In this document: piece by piece, positions 1 through 14,384 of the stretch | How the letters are laid out: each line of letters begins with the position of its first letter | How positions within the stretch are numbered: position 1 is the first letter of the stretch | Program-made: the position numbers and the translations under genes | Origin: Octopus sinensis | Lineage: Eukaryota | Direction of reading: 5' to 3' | DNA: 64,000 nt | NCBI RefSeq assembly: GCF_006345805.1 | Contig: NC_042998.1 | Coordinates: 136,772,001-136,836,000 of the forward strand | Notes under the pieces: model-generated | Seen by the model: the letters and a program-made list of their open reading frames with translations, nothing else | Databases searched by the model: none | What the model was told of the DNA's origin: nothing

Positions 1-322
1 AGAACCGGACCAATTAAAAGAAAGTGATTTATTTGCCACTCTGATTATTGAACTAACTGAATACATTTTAGTGGTCTGCTTTTTTTTGGAAGCTATTACA
101 GTGTGCAAATATAGTACTTTTAAGTATATTTGCTTATTTATAAAAGATGATGTTTACAAACTGTGTGACAAGTATATGTTTAGTTTTGTTTCATCACCAG
201 CAATGTTCCACAAACTCATAAGTATAAATACCTATGTTCACAACGTGATGTTCGAACAATATCCAATTCGGCTAACGTCACGTTTTCACGAAAGTACCTA
301 AAACGTTAAACGACGCATGACT

Positions 323-578
323 GTATGTATGTATGTATGTATGTATGATGTATGTATGTATGTATGTATGTATTATGTATGTATGTATGATGTATGTATG
401 TATGTATGTATGTATGTATGTATGTATGTATGTATGTATGTATGTATTGTATGTATGTATGTATGTATGTATGTATGTATGTATGTTATGTATGTATGTA
501 TGATGTATGTATGTATGTATGTATGTATGTATGTGTATGTATGTATGTATGTATGTATGTATGTATGTAGTATGTATG

Positions 579-609
<31 letters not shown>

Positions 610-623
610 TGTATGTATGTATG

Positions 624-655
<32 letters not shown>

Positions 656-657
656 TG
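323..657. repeat. (TATG)n microsatellite
   Basis: About 330 nt of near-pure TATG repeats; source of the spurious MYVC/HTYI ORFs. Confidence 0.97.
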
Positions 658-1489
658 AGTGTACGTGCGTATCTATGTATGAAAAATGTGTGTACACGCA
701 CACACATACGCACAAACGCACACGCACGTAATCTACCATGCACATGCACACATACATAATTCTTGCGTTTTTATGTTCATTTCTATTACCTTTGCCACCA
801 TAACACTTCTACGACTTCATTTATATTTCTGTAGACGGAAATATTAATTAAATATTGGCTTTGAAAGAATATTTGATTAAGGCAGCTGCTAAGGAATTAT
901 GTATTTGATATCATTTGTTATTTGTGCAGGAAATAACAAAAATAACAAGATGACATATCTCTAATATAAATGGCGTCTATTATGCAAAATGTGTATGCAA
1001 ACAGACATTTACGAATTCATATTGAAGCTAAAATCTAAACAGACCAAAATATGAAATTATTTCTGAAGGTTTGACAGGATATTGTTAAATATAATAACTA
1101 GTAGAGGGCTTTCAAATTATTGAGAAGACGATGGAGAAAAAATGTAACTGAACAAACTTTATGAGTTTTCTAAAGGACATTAGCGATAAATGTGACGTGA
1201 AATAGGTTGTTCTAAAAGTTGAAACATTGTAACAACAAGCTTACAGTATGATTACTTCTACAGAATAGAGTTCTTTTGATAAACCATAATAAAGTATATT
1301 TGTCTGATTCAGATATATAGTGTTGAAATAAAGATTTCCTTCTCTTTTTACTGATGTAGATGCATATAGTTATAATTCCTCATTCTAAAAAAAAAAAGAA
1401 AAAGATTACCACGCCAACATTGCCAAATTTTGACTTATCACTCTCTCATCAAAGATCAGATCTCTAAAGTGATATAAAGAATTATTAAT

Positions 1490-1658
1490 AATCCTTTCTA
1501 CTATAGGCGCAAGGCCTGAAAATTTGAGGGAGGGGCTAGTCTATTACATCGACCCATTGCGTAACTGGTACTTATTTCATCGACTTCGGAAGGATGAAGG
1601 CAAAGTCGACCTCGGCGGAATATGAACTCGGAACGTAAGGACAGACGAAATGCCGCCT
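1490..1658 (-). mobile_element. SINE, abundant family 1 (GGCGGCGAGCTGGCAGAA... head), partial
   Basis: Shares CATCGACCC...GTAACTGGTACTTATTT.ATCGAC...GAAAGGATGAAAGGCAAAGTCGACCTCGGCGGAATTTGAACTC with many other copies in the window; boundaries approximate. Confidence 0.85.
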
Positions 1659-3065
1659 TAAGAATTATAAATAATAATGTTGATAATCCCGTTTAGATTC
1701 CAGTCCCTCTTATTCTGATCTACATCCTAGATTTTTCCCATTTTCATTCCATCTCAGCGACAAACTTGGAATTCAATATTCATTTCGGTTGCATACTTTT
1801 CTCCAATTTAAGAGAGCCTAAAGAACCAATGATATTGCCTTTTTTCTCCTCTCTTTAGGTTACACTATGTGTGATAATTAAAATTTATAATATTATTTGT
1901 ATATGAAATAACAACTTCTAAAAATACATTTTAGAAATATGAATGATCTTATACAATAATGTATAAATTCATTAACCTGGTATAGCATGCTCTTATCATA
2001 GAAATTAATATGTAAACGAAAACTTATTTACAATTGTTAACACGAGAAATCTCATCCATCAATTCGTCGTTACTTTTAATAACGATAGTCTTTTTCTTTT
2101 CTATAAACACCTATCTTTTATATGGCAGTAGTATTTGAAAGTATTTCAATGAAATACATTCATTTTAATATGTTCTTCACTTCGATTATAACCGTTTTAA
2201 TGTTGGAAATCGAATGTTTTTTTAATGTGATCGATATTCTATGTTCTAACACATACGAATAATAAGTATACGGAATGTGTTTCCCCATTGAAGTTCTATT
2301 TCAGATACTATTAAAGCAAATAACGCAAACGTTAGCCATTTCATTCAGTAGTTACTAAAGTAAATGAAAACTTGCTTGTGGTTATGCTCACTGTAGGTTT
2401 CCTGTTTCAAACCCGGTCTTTTCAGTTTTCGACCATTGGAAAAGTTTTGTATAGAACAAATTTAAAAAACAATAAATAAATATTGTTTTCTATTTCTGAA
2501 GAGTTGCAACAAATTATCATAGAATTAGGAACTGTAAATAATATTCCTTGTTTACAATATTTTTGTAGATTCTTAATTTGGTATTACTTTTTCAATGCTT
2601 GTAAATGGAGTTATCGGGAAAGGAAATTAATCTTCACTAAATTAGATTTTAATTTTTTAATCTGATCCACTTGCTTTTTTTTCTTGTTCATTAATAAAGA
2701 TATTGAAGTTTCAGGTGAATTCAAGCGTTCTTTCTTCTTCAAAAGGAATTCTACGAATGGTTGTTTCAAGGAGCAGATAACATTTGGATATTACTTTATT
2801 TGCAAAGAACCATACATGATACTTTTGATTTTCTCACGGCATTCAACTTTAAATTCTATGGTATTAAGACAATCTTTCTCTATTTTCATGCATACAACTT
2901 CCGTTGAATGATTGCTTGAAAAACTCCAATGAAACAGGAAGAGTCTTTATAGAAAACGAAAGGAATAACAATCTTGCTAAATGATGCGAGGACCCGAAAC
3001 TCAATCAAGCAAGAGCTTGTCTTCTTTTCGAAATCTAGGATATCGTTACACTTTATGTATATGTT

Positions 3066-3098
<33 letters not shown>

Positions 3099-4129
3099 TA
3101 TATATATAAACAAATATAATATGTAAAGGTAATATCCAAGGATCAAGGTGTAGGAAGTAAGTACGATTCGAGTGTACCGTAGAAGGTATAAAAGCAACTT
3201 CCAGGAACAATTGCGGTTTATTGAAATAGAAGGTTGTAAAGTTTCCTCATATCCAAGTTCGATAAGCTGAAAAATGTTATTTTATAGTTCACGGTTAGCA
3301 GCTGGAGTTGCTATGTTTGCGAAAAAAAATCCAGAATTAGGGAATGTATTAAATAAAACCCAAACTACATATATTTCATAGCTCGGAAGTAGTAATTACC
3401 CAAACGAGGGGTAATCCGCTAAATACTCGTCGGGCCAAAGCTATCTACTTTAGTAATGTAATGAAAATCTATGACGCCTTGAACTCTTAGTTTTCATTCC
3501 TTACCTTAGGCACTTGAGTCTTCAGGATATTGTATGTATGTATGTACGTACGTGTGCATGCACGCATGTATGTATGTATGCATGAATATATGCATGCATG
3601 TATGTTATCTACCGTTTTAATTTTTTAAATTCTTCATCTGAGAAAGGACGTGTTTTCTAACAAAGATACGAAACTCCATCTTTAGAATGCACATAACGAG
3701 TTTTCCAGTGACGAGTTTTCTAGTGACAGTTTCATCTGTCTCTCTGTTTGTCAATCTCTCTCTCTCCCCATATATATATACAGAGAGAGAGAGAGAGAGA
3801 ATATATATATATATATCCTTTCTCCTTTTCTCTCTTCCTACAAATACGTTAATCCTATATCAGTCTTGAAGTAGTCATATGACTAAAGACGTTCTTGCCA
3901 TTACCATCCCATCCTTTTATTTAGAGATACCTAATGTAACCTTCCTTTTTTATTAACACAGTAGATGCTATTTGAGGGAGTTTTGGTATCTACCTTTCAC
4001 CAGGCAGAATTGAAAGTACCTTTTGATAGAGACTTTTCAGTGTGTTTTTACTAAATTATCATTTCCTGTTTGATTTTATGAGCTCATTAGGCCGAAGCAT
4101 GTCCCAGTTTCCCGGATAAGCTCCAAGCG

Positions 4130-4275
4130 ACTGCAGACACTTTTAGCAGAGTGAACTAAAGTAACGTGAAATGAAATACCTTATTCAAAAACACAATTCG
4201 GCACCAAGTCTGAGAATCGAACCCACGATCTTATAATCGTGAATCTAATATCCAAGCCATTAGGCTACACTCCTG
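4130..4275 (-). mobile_element. tRNA-derived SINE head, degenerate
   Basis: Minus strand reads GTGTAGCCTAATGG (A box) ... GGGTTCGATTCT (B box) followed by a SINE body also seen at 13244 and 54120. Confidence 0.7.
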
Positions 4276-4394
4276 CACACTTTAGATTATGAATATATTA
4301 AGATTTTTTCCTCGAGCCCTTGGACTCCTAATGTTGTTTATGAGTGAATGGGACGCTGGTCCGTTGCAGAATTCAATGTCAGCAATTCTAGAGG

Positions 4395-4560
4395 GAATGA
4401 ATTAGTCGATTACATTGACTCAAGTACTTGACTAGTACTTCATTTTATTGACTCTGAAGGTCTGAAAGGAAAAATTGATCGCAAGGATTTGAACTCAGAA
4501 CGTGAAGAACTGAAAGAAAAAGCTGTAAATATTTTGTCCAATGCGCTAACGCTTCTTCTT
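4395..4560 (-). mobile_element. SINE family 1, degenerate
   Basis: GTCGATTACATTGACTC...GTACTTCATTTTATTGACTCTGAAGG...GATTTGAACTCAGAACGT matches the family pattern. Confidence 0.75.
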
Positions 4561-5885
4561 GTTCATTACCTTATATTAAGTATTAGCCATTCAAAATACT
4601 TAAAGAATAAGTCAAAAACTATTTCTGTAACTGAAACAGTCTAGTATATTAGCTCCAGTCTATGAAAAGCTAAGTTAGATCTCACTGAGATTTAGACTCA
4701 GAGATAAATATAAAAACGATGCTAAATACTGTAAAGCAGTTACATTGGTGCTGTTTCTCAAACATTCTCAAGCAGAGTCTGTTTTAATAAGTGGCACAAA
4801 AATTTTACATCAAGTTCAAAACGGTACGTTGAATAGATAGTATACTAAGGCACACATCTATTTCTAAAAGTAAATTTAATTACAAGAGGAATTCAGTCTG
4901 TTAACATTATGCAATCAATAAGAAGCATTGATTCGTTCGAAAAGTCACCAGAAATAAGTAAAAGCAAATTGGTCTAAAGAATTATTTTTATTCGTTTGTT
5001 CAATTATTTCTATTATTCTTTATTCGAAACTGTGATATTGATTTGTTGAAAGAAAAAAATTGAATAAATAAAGTATAATACCAAGGACAAAAGTTTGTAA
5101 AATGCATTTCTGTAAACAAATAATCGAAATCGTTAACTTTCATTTCTACATTTTCTTGATTGATCTATTCATTATATTTTCTTTTCTTATAATTGCTTTA
5201 AAATGATGAATAATTTAATTGCCTTCAAAATGTGTTACTCCAGTATAGCCTTGGCCGTATTGGTAAATCAAACTAAAAATATTTTGTTGTATCAACGTAC
5301 AAGTTCACATGAAGAATATTGCAAACCAAACTCAAAACAAAATAAACTAAAAATAAGGTTCAATGTAAATTCAAATAATTTCTCTACGGCTAACATTAGT
5401 TCTAGATTTCTAGTTCATGTCATCAATGAATTTCTATAATTCAGCCTTGTCTTTTATCGTTTTCCAGAATATTATATGCTGTGACCAATTGTAGCTATTT
5501 AGTATGCGAACACGTTATCCTTGATATCCATAACCAGAGTCACTGATCATGTCTATATCTTCCCTATAATATACTTCATTGAGTAACTCTAATAAAGCCA
5601 AAACGCGTCTGTCGCTTATGCTAACGTATGTATACATTCCACCGAGATAATTTATCTTAAACATATTGTAATTCAAATTAGATTCCAAGGATTTCATATT
5701 GGGAAGGGCTCCACAGATAGAACTGAATTGACAAAGCATTCTTCAAACAATTTCTGTCATAAACGTCTTATAACAAGAAGAGTCGTTGATGACAGGAGTT
5801 TCAGCAAGGTTAAATTTCAATTTACGGTAGCAAAAGTCTTGTATTATCTCTCTTTCACATTATCTCTCCCTCTCTCTCACTCCAT

Positions 5886-5922
<37 letters not shown>

Positions 5923-6050
5923 CTATCTATCTATCTATCTATCTATATATCTATGTGCCTAACCTTTAGAAAGCAAACCCCGCACAATAACACGCATACA
6001 CGCATGCACACACATGCACACACACACACACACACGCACGCACGCACGCA

Positions 6051-6101
<51 letters not shown>

Positions 6102-6639
6102 TATGTTATAAAAGGAATTTCGGCTCAGAAATATGTTTGAATAAATAATGATATGCAAAATATGATTGACAGGTGCGATATACAACATTGATTAACATAA
6201 AACAAACTAGACAAATCTGGGGAATTTTTAACAAGATCTCAACCAATAAAACGACACCGTTGTTGCAAAACTTAACTCATTTTTACTGTAATTGTGGATT
6301 AGTTTTTCACTAAATTACTATCTAATTATGGGCGTCAACCTTTTAAAAAATATCTGTGGGTGAAACCAAGATTAATGGTCAACATATGTAAGAAGAGCAT
6401 TCAATTAAGAAAATGTTGAAAACATGTATTACCTTTGGAGCTTGTTATATAATTATAGTCTTAACTCACGTTATTTTTATCACTGCAAACGCTACAAAAA
6501 TAGACTTAGAACATCCATGTAAATTATGTATCCTTGACATCTTCACTGCTCATAGCAAAACTCATAAACGCTGAGAAAAACGAATAAAATAAAATAAATG
6601 AGAAAAAGACATTTTCCTTCATGAAGATTATTTTGAAAC

Positions 6640-6765
6640 AGTGTATAATTGTCTCTAAATATAGCAACCTATATGGACATAGAAAACAAATGCGGTCAAG
6701 GTGGACAAGACTGACACAAAATATGAAAGTCAGAAACTTGAATATGAAAAATAATGCTTGGATTT

Positions 6766-6800
<35 letters not shown>

Positions 6801-9160
6801 TAATAATAATTGCATACGGCAAATAAAATGCTAAACCAAAGTAAAATCTCTACACAGGTATCTAAACCAGAAATAAATCGTTCTGCACAGCAATTCACCA
6901 ACACACATAGACAAGCAAATACTGAAACTAAGCAACCAGAAGGAAAATAACACACACCATGACAGACCAACTATAATCGATGATGGAGACGAACTGATTG
7001 AAAAAATAACTGAAATAGAAGAAAACATCATAAAGTCGATAAATATGAGTCGGCGTAAACGTCTCCTCAGACTGCAACAAATAAACAGCTTTGTGCAAGG
7101 ATAAATAGATACACAAGAGCCCTACAAAAAAATAATGACCACATCAAAAGATTACCTAGATATCAAGAAACTATAGGATCTGAACTACTTTGCAGCTGTA
7201 GCGATATTCAAGGAAAGCGGAATTCACCTTCACGAAAATATAAAAAAAAAACAGCCAAATCTGAAACCATGAAATGGAAACAGTATAATAAATAATTTTA
7301 AAAACAAAAGAAAGACTTATTCCTACTCTATGAATTAGAGACAGAGATATCATGCATGAAAAATAAAATGACATATATAACAAAATAATACAACATATGA
7401 TTGACACGTGCGATATACAACATTGATAAACATAAAACAAACTAGACAAATCTGGTGAATTTTTTACAAGGTCTCAACCAATAAAATGACACCCTTGTTG
7501 CAAAACTTAACACTCATTTTTACTGCAATCATCGGCATGAGTATGGAGCTGGGAGGTAAAGGAAAGAATTAAACAGAGTATAACAGCAAAAACCTGACGC
7601 ATACAGCGGTACGAAAAACGCGAGCGCCTCTTTCAAGAAAATAGAGAATTTAAGATAAACACGAAAAGATTCCACAGAAAGTTAAACAAAAAACTATGAC
7701 ATGCCTACAAAATCAGAGATTCATTCGTACTGGAAATGAATTTAGAGCAAACAAGAACAACGCAACAAAAATGCTCAATGCATAAATAGGGAGAAGGAAA
7801 GAAAGTGCAAAATAGCACCAAAGGTATGGCCCGCCATAACAAGTCAAGAGATCACCGACACACTGAGGACAACCAGTAACTGGAAAACTTCAGGGATAGA
7901 CAAGGTTCCCAACTTCTGGCTGAAACACCACCAATACTCATGCTCACATAGCGGCAGCATTTGATTTAATAATAAGCAAGCCAGAATCAACGCCAAATTG
8001 GATGCTGGAAGGACAAACCGCTCTAATCTCCCCCCCCCCCCCCAAAAAAAAAAGACATACCATATATCCACAAAATTATAGGCCAATAACATGCCTTTCA
8101 ACATCCTACAAAACCTTCACAGCCGTCATCTATAACCGGATTTGAAAACAACTATGTTTTTCCAGAAGAACAAAAGGGATGTATGATTGTACATAGCAGC
8201 CTCTTGTAAATCGAGCCATTACAGAGGACTGTAAGAAGAGAAAGGCAGACTTCAACATGACTTTGACTGATTACTAGAAAGTATTCGACAGTGTTCTACA
8301 CTAATGGATACTTGAATTGCTCCACACAAATAAAGTGGCTCCAACACTACTAAAATATATCAACTATGCAATGGCAAACTAGAAAGTCAGTATAACACTG
8401 AAAAAGGAAACATAAGTCGTTAAAACCTGCCGTATACCCATAAGAAGGTTGGGGGTTCCAAGTAAACTAGCTGTCACTCCTGTTTCTCTGCCTTGCTTTG
8501 ATTCCACTAACAAACTTGTTGAATGAAACCACCATGGGTTACAGGTGTTATGGACAAACAATAGACCATCTCCTATACATGGATGACTTCAAAAATTTCA
8601 CTACAGAAGAGGAAAACCTAAAAGTTGTTCATAGTTTCAGCAAGGACATCGGCATGAGTATGGCGCTGGACAAATGCATCAAAGTAACATTGAGAAGAAG
8701 CAAATTAATCAGCACTGAAAACATTGCAGTCGACATAAAATAAAATGGCGGAGATCAGTGCAGTCAGACTATGAAAAAAAACAGCCAAATCTGAAACCAT
8801 GAAATGGAAACAGTATAATAAATAATTTTAAAAACAAAAGAAAGACTTATTCTTACTCTATGAATTAGAGACAGAGATATCATGCATGAAAAATAAATTG
8901 ACATATATAACAAAATAATACAACATATGATTGACAGGTGCGATATACAACATTGATCACCCAAATAGTATCAGCCAAGTAAAGACCGTAAATATAAATA
9001 TATCAAGCAAGTGCCCAAACTGTGAAGAAAACAATATTCTACGGGTCGGTAGTAAACATCACAAAAACTATTCCCTTCCTAAAACCCCAGAATTGCTGAA
9101 CTAACACGCCTCAACAAAGTCCTGCAAGTGGAACACCCTGCATACTACATAAAAAACAAC
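6640..9160 (+). mobile_element. R4/Dong-clade non-LTR retrotransposon, degenerate and rearranged
   Basis: Frameshifted translation: N-terminal GHRKQMRSRW (about 6675), WMLEGQT..PKKKDT.YPQNYRPITCL (about 8000-8100), DY*KVFDSVLH*W (about 8270), GYRCYGQTIDHLLYMDDFK (about 8535-8590, RT YMDD) and SFSKDIGMSMALDKC. Boundaries approximate. Confidence 0.85.
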
Positions 9161-9180
9161 TAACACACACACACACACAT

Positions 9181-9246
<66 letters not shown>

Positions 9247-9269
9247 GTATATTTCTTTTCCCCTTTGCA

Positions 9270-10245
9270 GTGAAGGTATCCCGTTTCAAAAGTTGAATAC
9301 TGGCTGACCGTCGTACTTTTTTCCGGCCCTACCATCACCAAACTGGAATGCATCCTCTTCTGCTTCTAGTGGAAAGGAAGCGTTCCGATGGTCAGGCGAT
9401 CTGTTTGCTGCCAATACCCGCTAAAAGGAGGGCTCGGCATGCCGTGGTTGATGATGCGCAGACACACGTTGAGACTGCGACATATCCGGCTCCACATCAA
9501 TGACGGTGAACAGGTGTGATCGCCGTTTGTGAGGCGCGCTTTACCGCAGCTCGTCTCCATAACCGAACTGCAGTCGTAGATCAAAAAGAGGTCGAGGAGG
9601 GCGAATGGCACCGCGATTGGCGCGTTGCTCTCGAGCTACTATGCCGTCCCGGGTCGACCTTGAGCGACTGCATCACCACGAAAGCATTCTATAGGGGATT
9701 AGTGGAGGGGAGGTACGACGACGATCTCGGGGCGAATTTGGGTGTCGACGAAGAATAGCTGGCCCGCCTGTTCAAGACGACTTTCGGGCCGTGACCTATT
9801 GACAACTTCCAGAAATACCTGGCCTGGCAGTGCTATCGAGAAGCGCAATCCATTCGAGATAAGCTCTACAGGAATGGCTTGAGGAACACCGGGCCGACCT
9901 GCTCGAAATGCGGTCAGAGTGATGAAACCGTTCTGCACGCACTCGTGTATTGTCCAGCCATTTCCAACCTGGGCTTATGTCGAACGACTGCTGTCGCGTG
10001 TGGGACGAGTCGGTTTATCAGCCGAGTCTATCGTCAATATTGTCGCGCCTCCTTCCTTCAAACGGGAAGGAAGAGCCATTTTTTATCGTACTTGTGGCAA
10101 TGGCGAAAGAATGTGTATGGTGGATGCACCTGAAAAGCCTAGAGACAAACATTTTCCTCTATAGTCGACCTCTCATCAACTTCAAGTAGCACTTGAAAAG
10201 GAAGGTGAGAGTAGATAGGTTGTGGAAACCCTATTACCAAGTATG
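9270..10245 (+). mobile_element. Tx1/L1-clade retrotransposon ORF2 3' fragment (post-RT region plus zf-RVT-like CCHC)
   Basis: F*WKG...VRRSVCCQYPLKGGLGMPWL (about 9360-9450); DNFQKYLAWQCYREAQSIRDKLYRNG...PTCSKCGQSDETVLHALVYCPAI then WAYVERLL (about 9800-9990), with stops and frameshifts; visibly GC-richer than flanks. Confidence 0.85.
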
Positions 10246-13243
10246 CATATACAGATACATACCTACCTACATACATAATACACACACACAATATACATAT
10301 AAATATACATATATATATATGTGTGTATGTATGCATATGTATATTTGTAGATAGACATATACACACATATATACATATATGTGTATATGTATATAAAATT
10401 AATATGCATATGTGTGTGTATTTATATGTGCACGTATGTGCAACCACTTAATCAACAATGATCTTACTGAAAATATTGCTTTCCTTTAGCTTTGCATAAA
10501 TATTGATTTTCTTTTGATTCTTTCAGCAAATATTGGAATAAAAATTCATGAAATCATATAAAAAGTGAAGTTCAGTTCATGAACATAGCAATATACGTAC
10601 GAAAATACATTTTACAATTCAGCGTCCGCCAAGCTAACAACTTCGAAGCAAGTAAAAGGAAAATATAAAAAAAAAAACTTAAATAAATGCCCATAAGACA
10701 GTAATCATTGAGAATAAAAGTACAAAAGAAAATTATTACTATTCATAACAATAGAAGTATAAACCAGCAGCCACATCAGTTATAACAAACCTAGTGACAG
10801 CAGCAAACACTGCGAAAAGTTAACCAACGAGAAGACAATACTTGGTTTCAGGAACGAATCAATAAGCTATTATGTACAAACATTATTATCAAGGAATAAG
10901 AAACTATAATAAAAATACTAAAACTCTAATATTTTATGTGGTATCAAGTCATAACCGATATATTTCTTGCTTCGAAACTAGTTTTCTATATTTGTTTATT
11001 CTTTTACATTGTTTGTCTTGACTTTTCACCCTCTTCTCACCCTCTTCACACTAAGCACACATAAATTACACGGATTCATAAAAGAAAATCTGGACTACTG
11101 TACAATGGCAAACATCTTCACGCTTTCAAGCAAAAATGAATTTTGCAGCTAACCGACGATAGAAATATTAATGATGAAAGAAATGAAAAGGATAAAAAGA
11201 ATTCCTATAGACCCGTGAAGCTAGTGTGGGATCCCCTTTCTTCACCCTTGCTCACTTCTCTCAATGATTTTTGTTTCTTCCTCTTTTACTGAGTTAAGGA
11301 ACGTAATCAGAAGCTCTCAGGTTCCATGAATTAATTTTCGTTTAAGATAATTATTTCTGTTTATGTCATAACTGATATGATGGGGGACATTAATGTCTGT
11401 TTATGAGTAGAAGCAGTGTTGCCCTTTCACACGATGGTAGTACTCTTTGAAGATTTGCAGGTTTTTTGTGAGGCTGAAAAAATGATTTGAAAACATTAAA
11501 AGTTATTTATTTGTTATAATTTCCTTGGTGATTTTATTGTTGCAGTTGACTCTGTAGTTAGTTTTGCGACTATATCGGCTTTTCTCGCCACAATAGAACT
11601 GAAGGTGGTGACGTTGTTGGAACTAAGAGTGATGTGTTTTTGACGATAATTTTGTTCTTTTAAAAAACTATCAGTGCTATCTCTGGTATTAATAGTTTTG
11701 TTGGCAGCATGGGCATGTAATAAACATTAATTCAGCTCTTTAACAGTTATTTTATTACAATAAACTTCGGCATTTATGTTCCATATCGTATTTCTATAGC
11801 AGTTTTGAAAATATGTTTATTTGATTGACAAAACGTTAATGTCGCATTTTCATAAATACCCTGAAGGCACCCATGTCACGAATAATAATTTAATGATTAC
11901 TACACTTCAGACAGCTTTAATAATGCTATATAGTGTGAAAGTACTTCTATTCTGAAATATTTGTACTTGAATTAAACATGAGCGAAGTAGCAGAGTCGTT
12001 ACGGCGTTAAAAGGCAGTTTTTTTTTTCTTTTTTTTTAAATATATTATTCATTACGGTTCCGAGTTCAAATCTCTTGAAGTTAACTTTGCTGTGCTTCCT
12101 CAAGGTCAATAAACAAGGTACAAACCCTTTTATATACTACCACCAGAAGTACAGAAAAAAGTGACAGCTCTTGTATCATCAGCCTCCAAACGTTCTCCCT
12201 TCTCTCAATTTTGTCATCTCTTTATCCAGCTCTCTAAGCCCCACACTAGCAATATAATCTCCCTGAAATTACCGTCGTGTTCATCTTTTCCTTGTAGTTA
12301 CTTTTAGTTGTGTAAAAACAATATCTACCGTATCAGTTGCACTGGTTTCAGAAGTTTTGCAAATGCCACGGTGATAACTCTGTTTTCCAGATCAAACCGT
12401 TAAAATTATATATTAAATCAATGTTAGATTATACTAGTTCTCTCCGTGCTCCCAATTTCTCCATGACATATTCAATAAACTTTTGAGAACAAAGAAAGAA
12501 AAAAACCCAAAACACTACACATATATAACATATGCATGATCCATCTCTGCACAACAAAGCAAACAACTAAACGTGAAAGAGCCCTTCGATTTGTGAGGAC
12601 ATAATTGGTTGCTGAATATATTTCATTACTGAAAGCCCCTGTAACTGCATGATAGTCTAGCTATCTCAAGAACCTGAGTTGGGATTCACACTATCGAGTT
12701 GTTCCGAGGAACAGTGATTGTTGTGCTCTGAAGGAAACAGTCTTGCCTGAGCCGCCGTGATTACTATTAGAACGTACAACCGAAGAAAATGGAACGAAAT
12801 TTGGTGAGAATAAAATGTATCCAGACTGTAATACTGTACTTCGTACAATTAATCATTGTTTGCTGGAGTATGCAGTATAGAATTCAGCTAGGTAGAAACA
12901 TAGTGTCACTAGAAGAACAAATTTGAGGGAGACACATTGTCATTCGGACGACTACTTATTTAACAATAGGTTTGCTTCATCAGAATCGACCTGGGGTTAC
13001 ACAAAAACAACAACAACAACAAGCATAGGCTAGTTGTGCAGAGGATAGACTATGAAATAACCTCACGGTAACATTGCACCTCTTACATTTTACCAATGTT
13101 CATTGGAGTCTGCAGTATGGCCTCACCAAGGTGGACGCATAGTATAACTGGAACAATGAATGTAGTCGTAAATAGGAGGAAGTACAACCCGTTCATATAA
13201 ACAACAAGAATTATTTTAGCATTTCTTTCCTTCTATAGTGAGG

Positions 13244-13400
13244 GCGTGGAGACTAGTGGTTAGGGTGTTTGGCTCGTAATCATGACGTTGTAGGTTCAAT
13301 TTCTGGCTGAGCGATACGTTGAACAAGGTACTTCGTTTCACGTTACTCCAGTGTACACATCCGTAATGTGTACCAAACCGGATTATGGTACAATCGCCTC
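13244..13400 (+). mobile_element. tRNA-derived SINE head
   Basis: GGCGTGG..CTAGTGGTTAGG (A box) ... GGTTCAATTTC (B-box-like), then SINE body GAACAAGGTACTTCGTTTCACGTTACTCCAG. Confidence 0.7.
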
Positions 13401-13744
13401 TTCTTCCATTTGCCACATCGTCTATTTCTCTGAGTTACAGCTGAGAGGGCTAAGAGGATGTCTTATGTCTGTTCGCAAACACATAGGCATCAAAGCAATT
13501 AACGAAAGTACAGTGTGTGACCAAGCCATTCTAACTTACGAGTGACAGATGGTTGTAGTGTACTGTACTTTACTTCTATATCGGAATACGTTACTAAACA
13601 GCTAGTTATATTCAACAATGACGTTGTGACTCATATGAAACAGTTACAAACGAAAATTTCAGTAGATACGGAACAGCAGATATATGAATACAGAAAAGGG
13701 TGGTGGAGGCAGAATCGGCTGGAGTACTGCTTTGAAGTTTAGTC

Positions 13745-14070
13745 AAACAAATCGACCCCGGTACTTTTTTTAAAGCTTGGTACGTATGTCAGTCTCTGTC
13801 ACACCACTAGGTCACTAGGGTGTAGAGAAACCAGCAGCTTTGGTGAAGTAGTGGGGAGCAAATATAAAGGTAAACACACATATACATATATATATATACA
13901 TATATGACGGGCTTCCACATAATTTCCGCCCTTCAAATTCATTCACAAAGTATTGTTCAACTCGGAACTATAGTAGAAAACATTTACTTAAGATGCCGCG
14001 CAGTGGAATTGAACCCGAAGCCACATGATTGCAAAGCGCATTTCTGGTCGATACAACCAGCCTGCGCCTA
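13745..14070 (-). mobile_element. tRNA-derived SINE family 2 (GGCGCAGG..TGGCTGTGTGGTAAG head)
   Basis: Reverse complement of the element at 60526-60880, including GGGTTCAATTCCACTGCGCGGCA and GGGGTCGATTTGTTTGACTAAA. Confidence 0.8.
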
Positions 14071-14384
14071 AATTATTCTCACACTTTTTTTAATAACAAA
14101 ACAAAAACGGCAAATAATGATGTAAAATGGGATGAACAAGCGGTTTTCTCAGTAATAGAGTAAATTTCATTTCTCATTGTCAGACCAGTAAAATATTTAT
14201 AAAACAAACCGACTTCAGTTTTAAATATATATCAGTTTGTTTTGAAAATAGCTTTAAAACAATTGAAGGCATTGATACGTATACCGTTTAGATACATATT
14301 GAATTTATACAATATACATTTAAAATGCGAGGAAATTTTTTTTTAAAACCTGAATATATGTGGAAATATAATTATTTCTAATTG

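Noticed and set aside
278-757. Long ORFs of MYVC/HTYI/YLSI/CV repeats here and throughout the ORF track
   Set aside because: They are translations of stop-free microsatellites with no coding signal.
2400-3050. Possible decayed transposase on the minus strand
   Set aside because: No recognisable motif after trying the frames.
5515-5800. Minus-strand 74-aa ORF (...ISDRRVLALLELL...MISDSGYG) vaguely like a Harbinger DDE segment or an exon
   Set aside because: Similarity too weak to support by eye; no TIRs or convincing splice sites. A tblastn or HMM search would decide.
10980-11720. Thr/Ser/Pro-rich short minus-strand frames suggesting a mucin-like pseudo-exon
   Set aside because: Interrupted by stops in all frames; compositional bias is a sufficient explanation.
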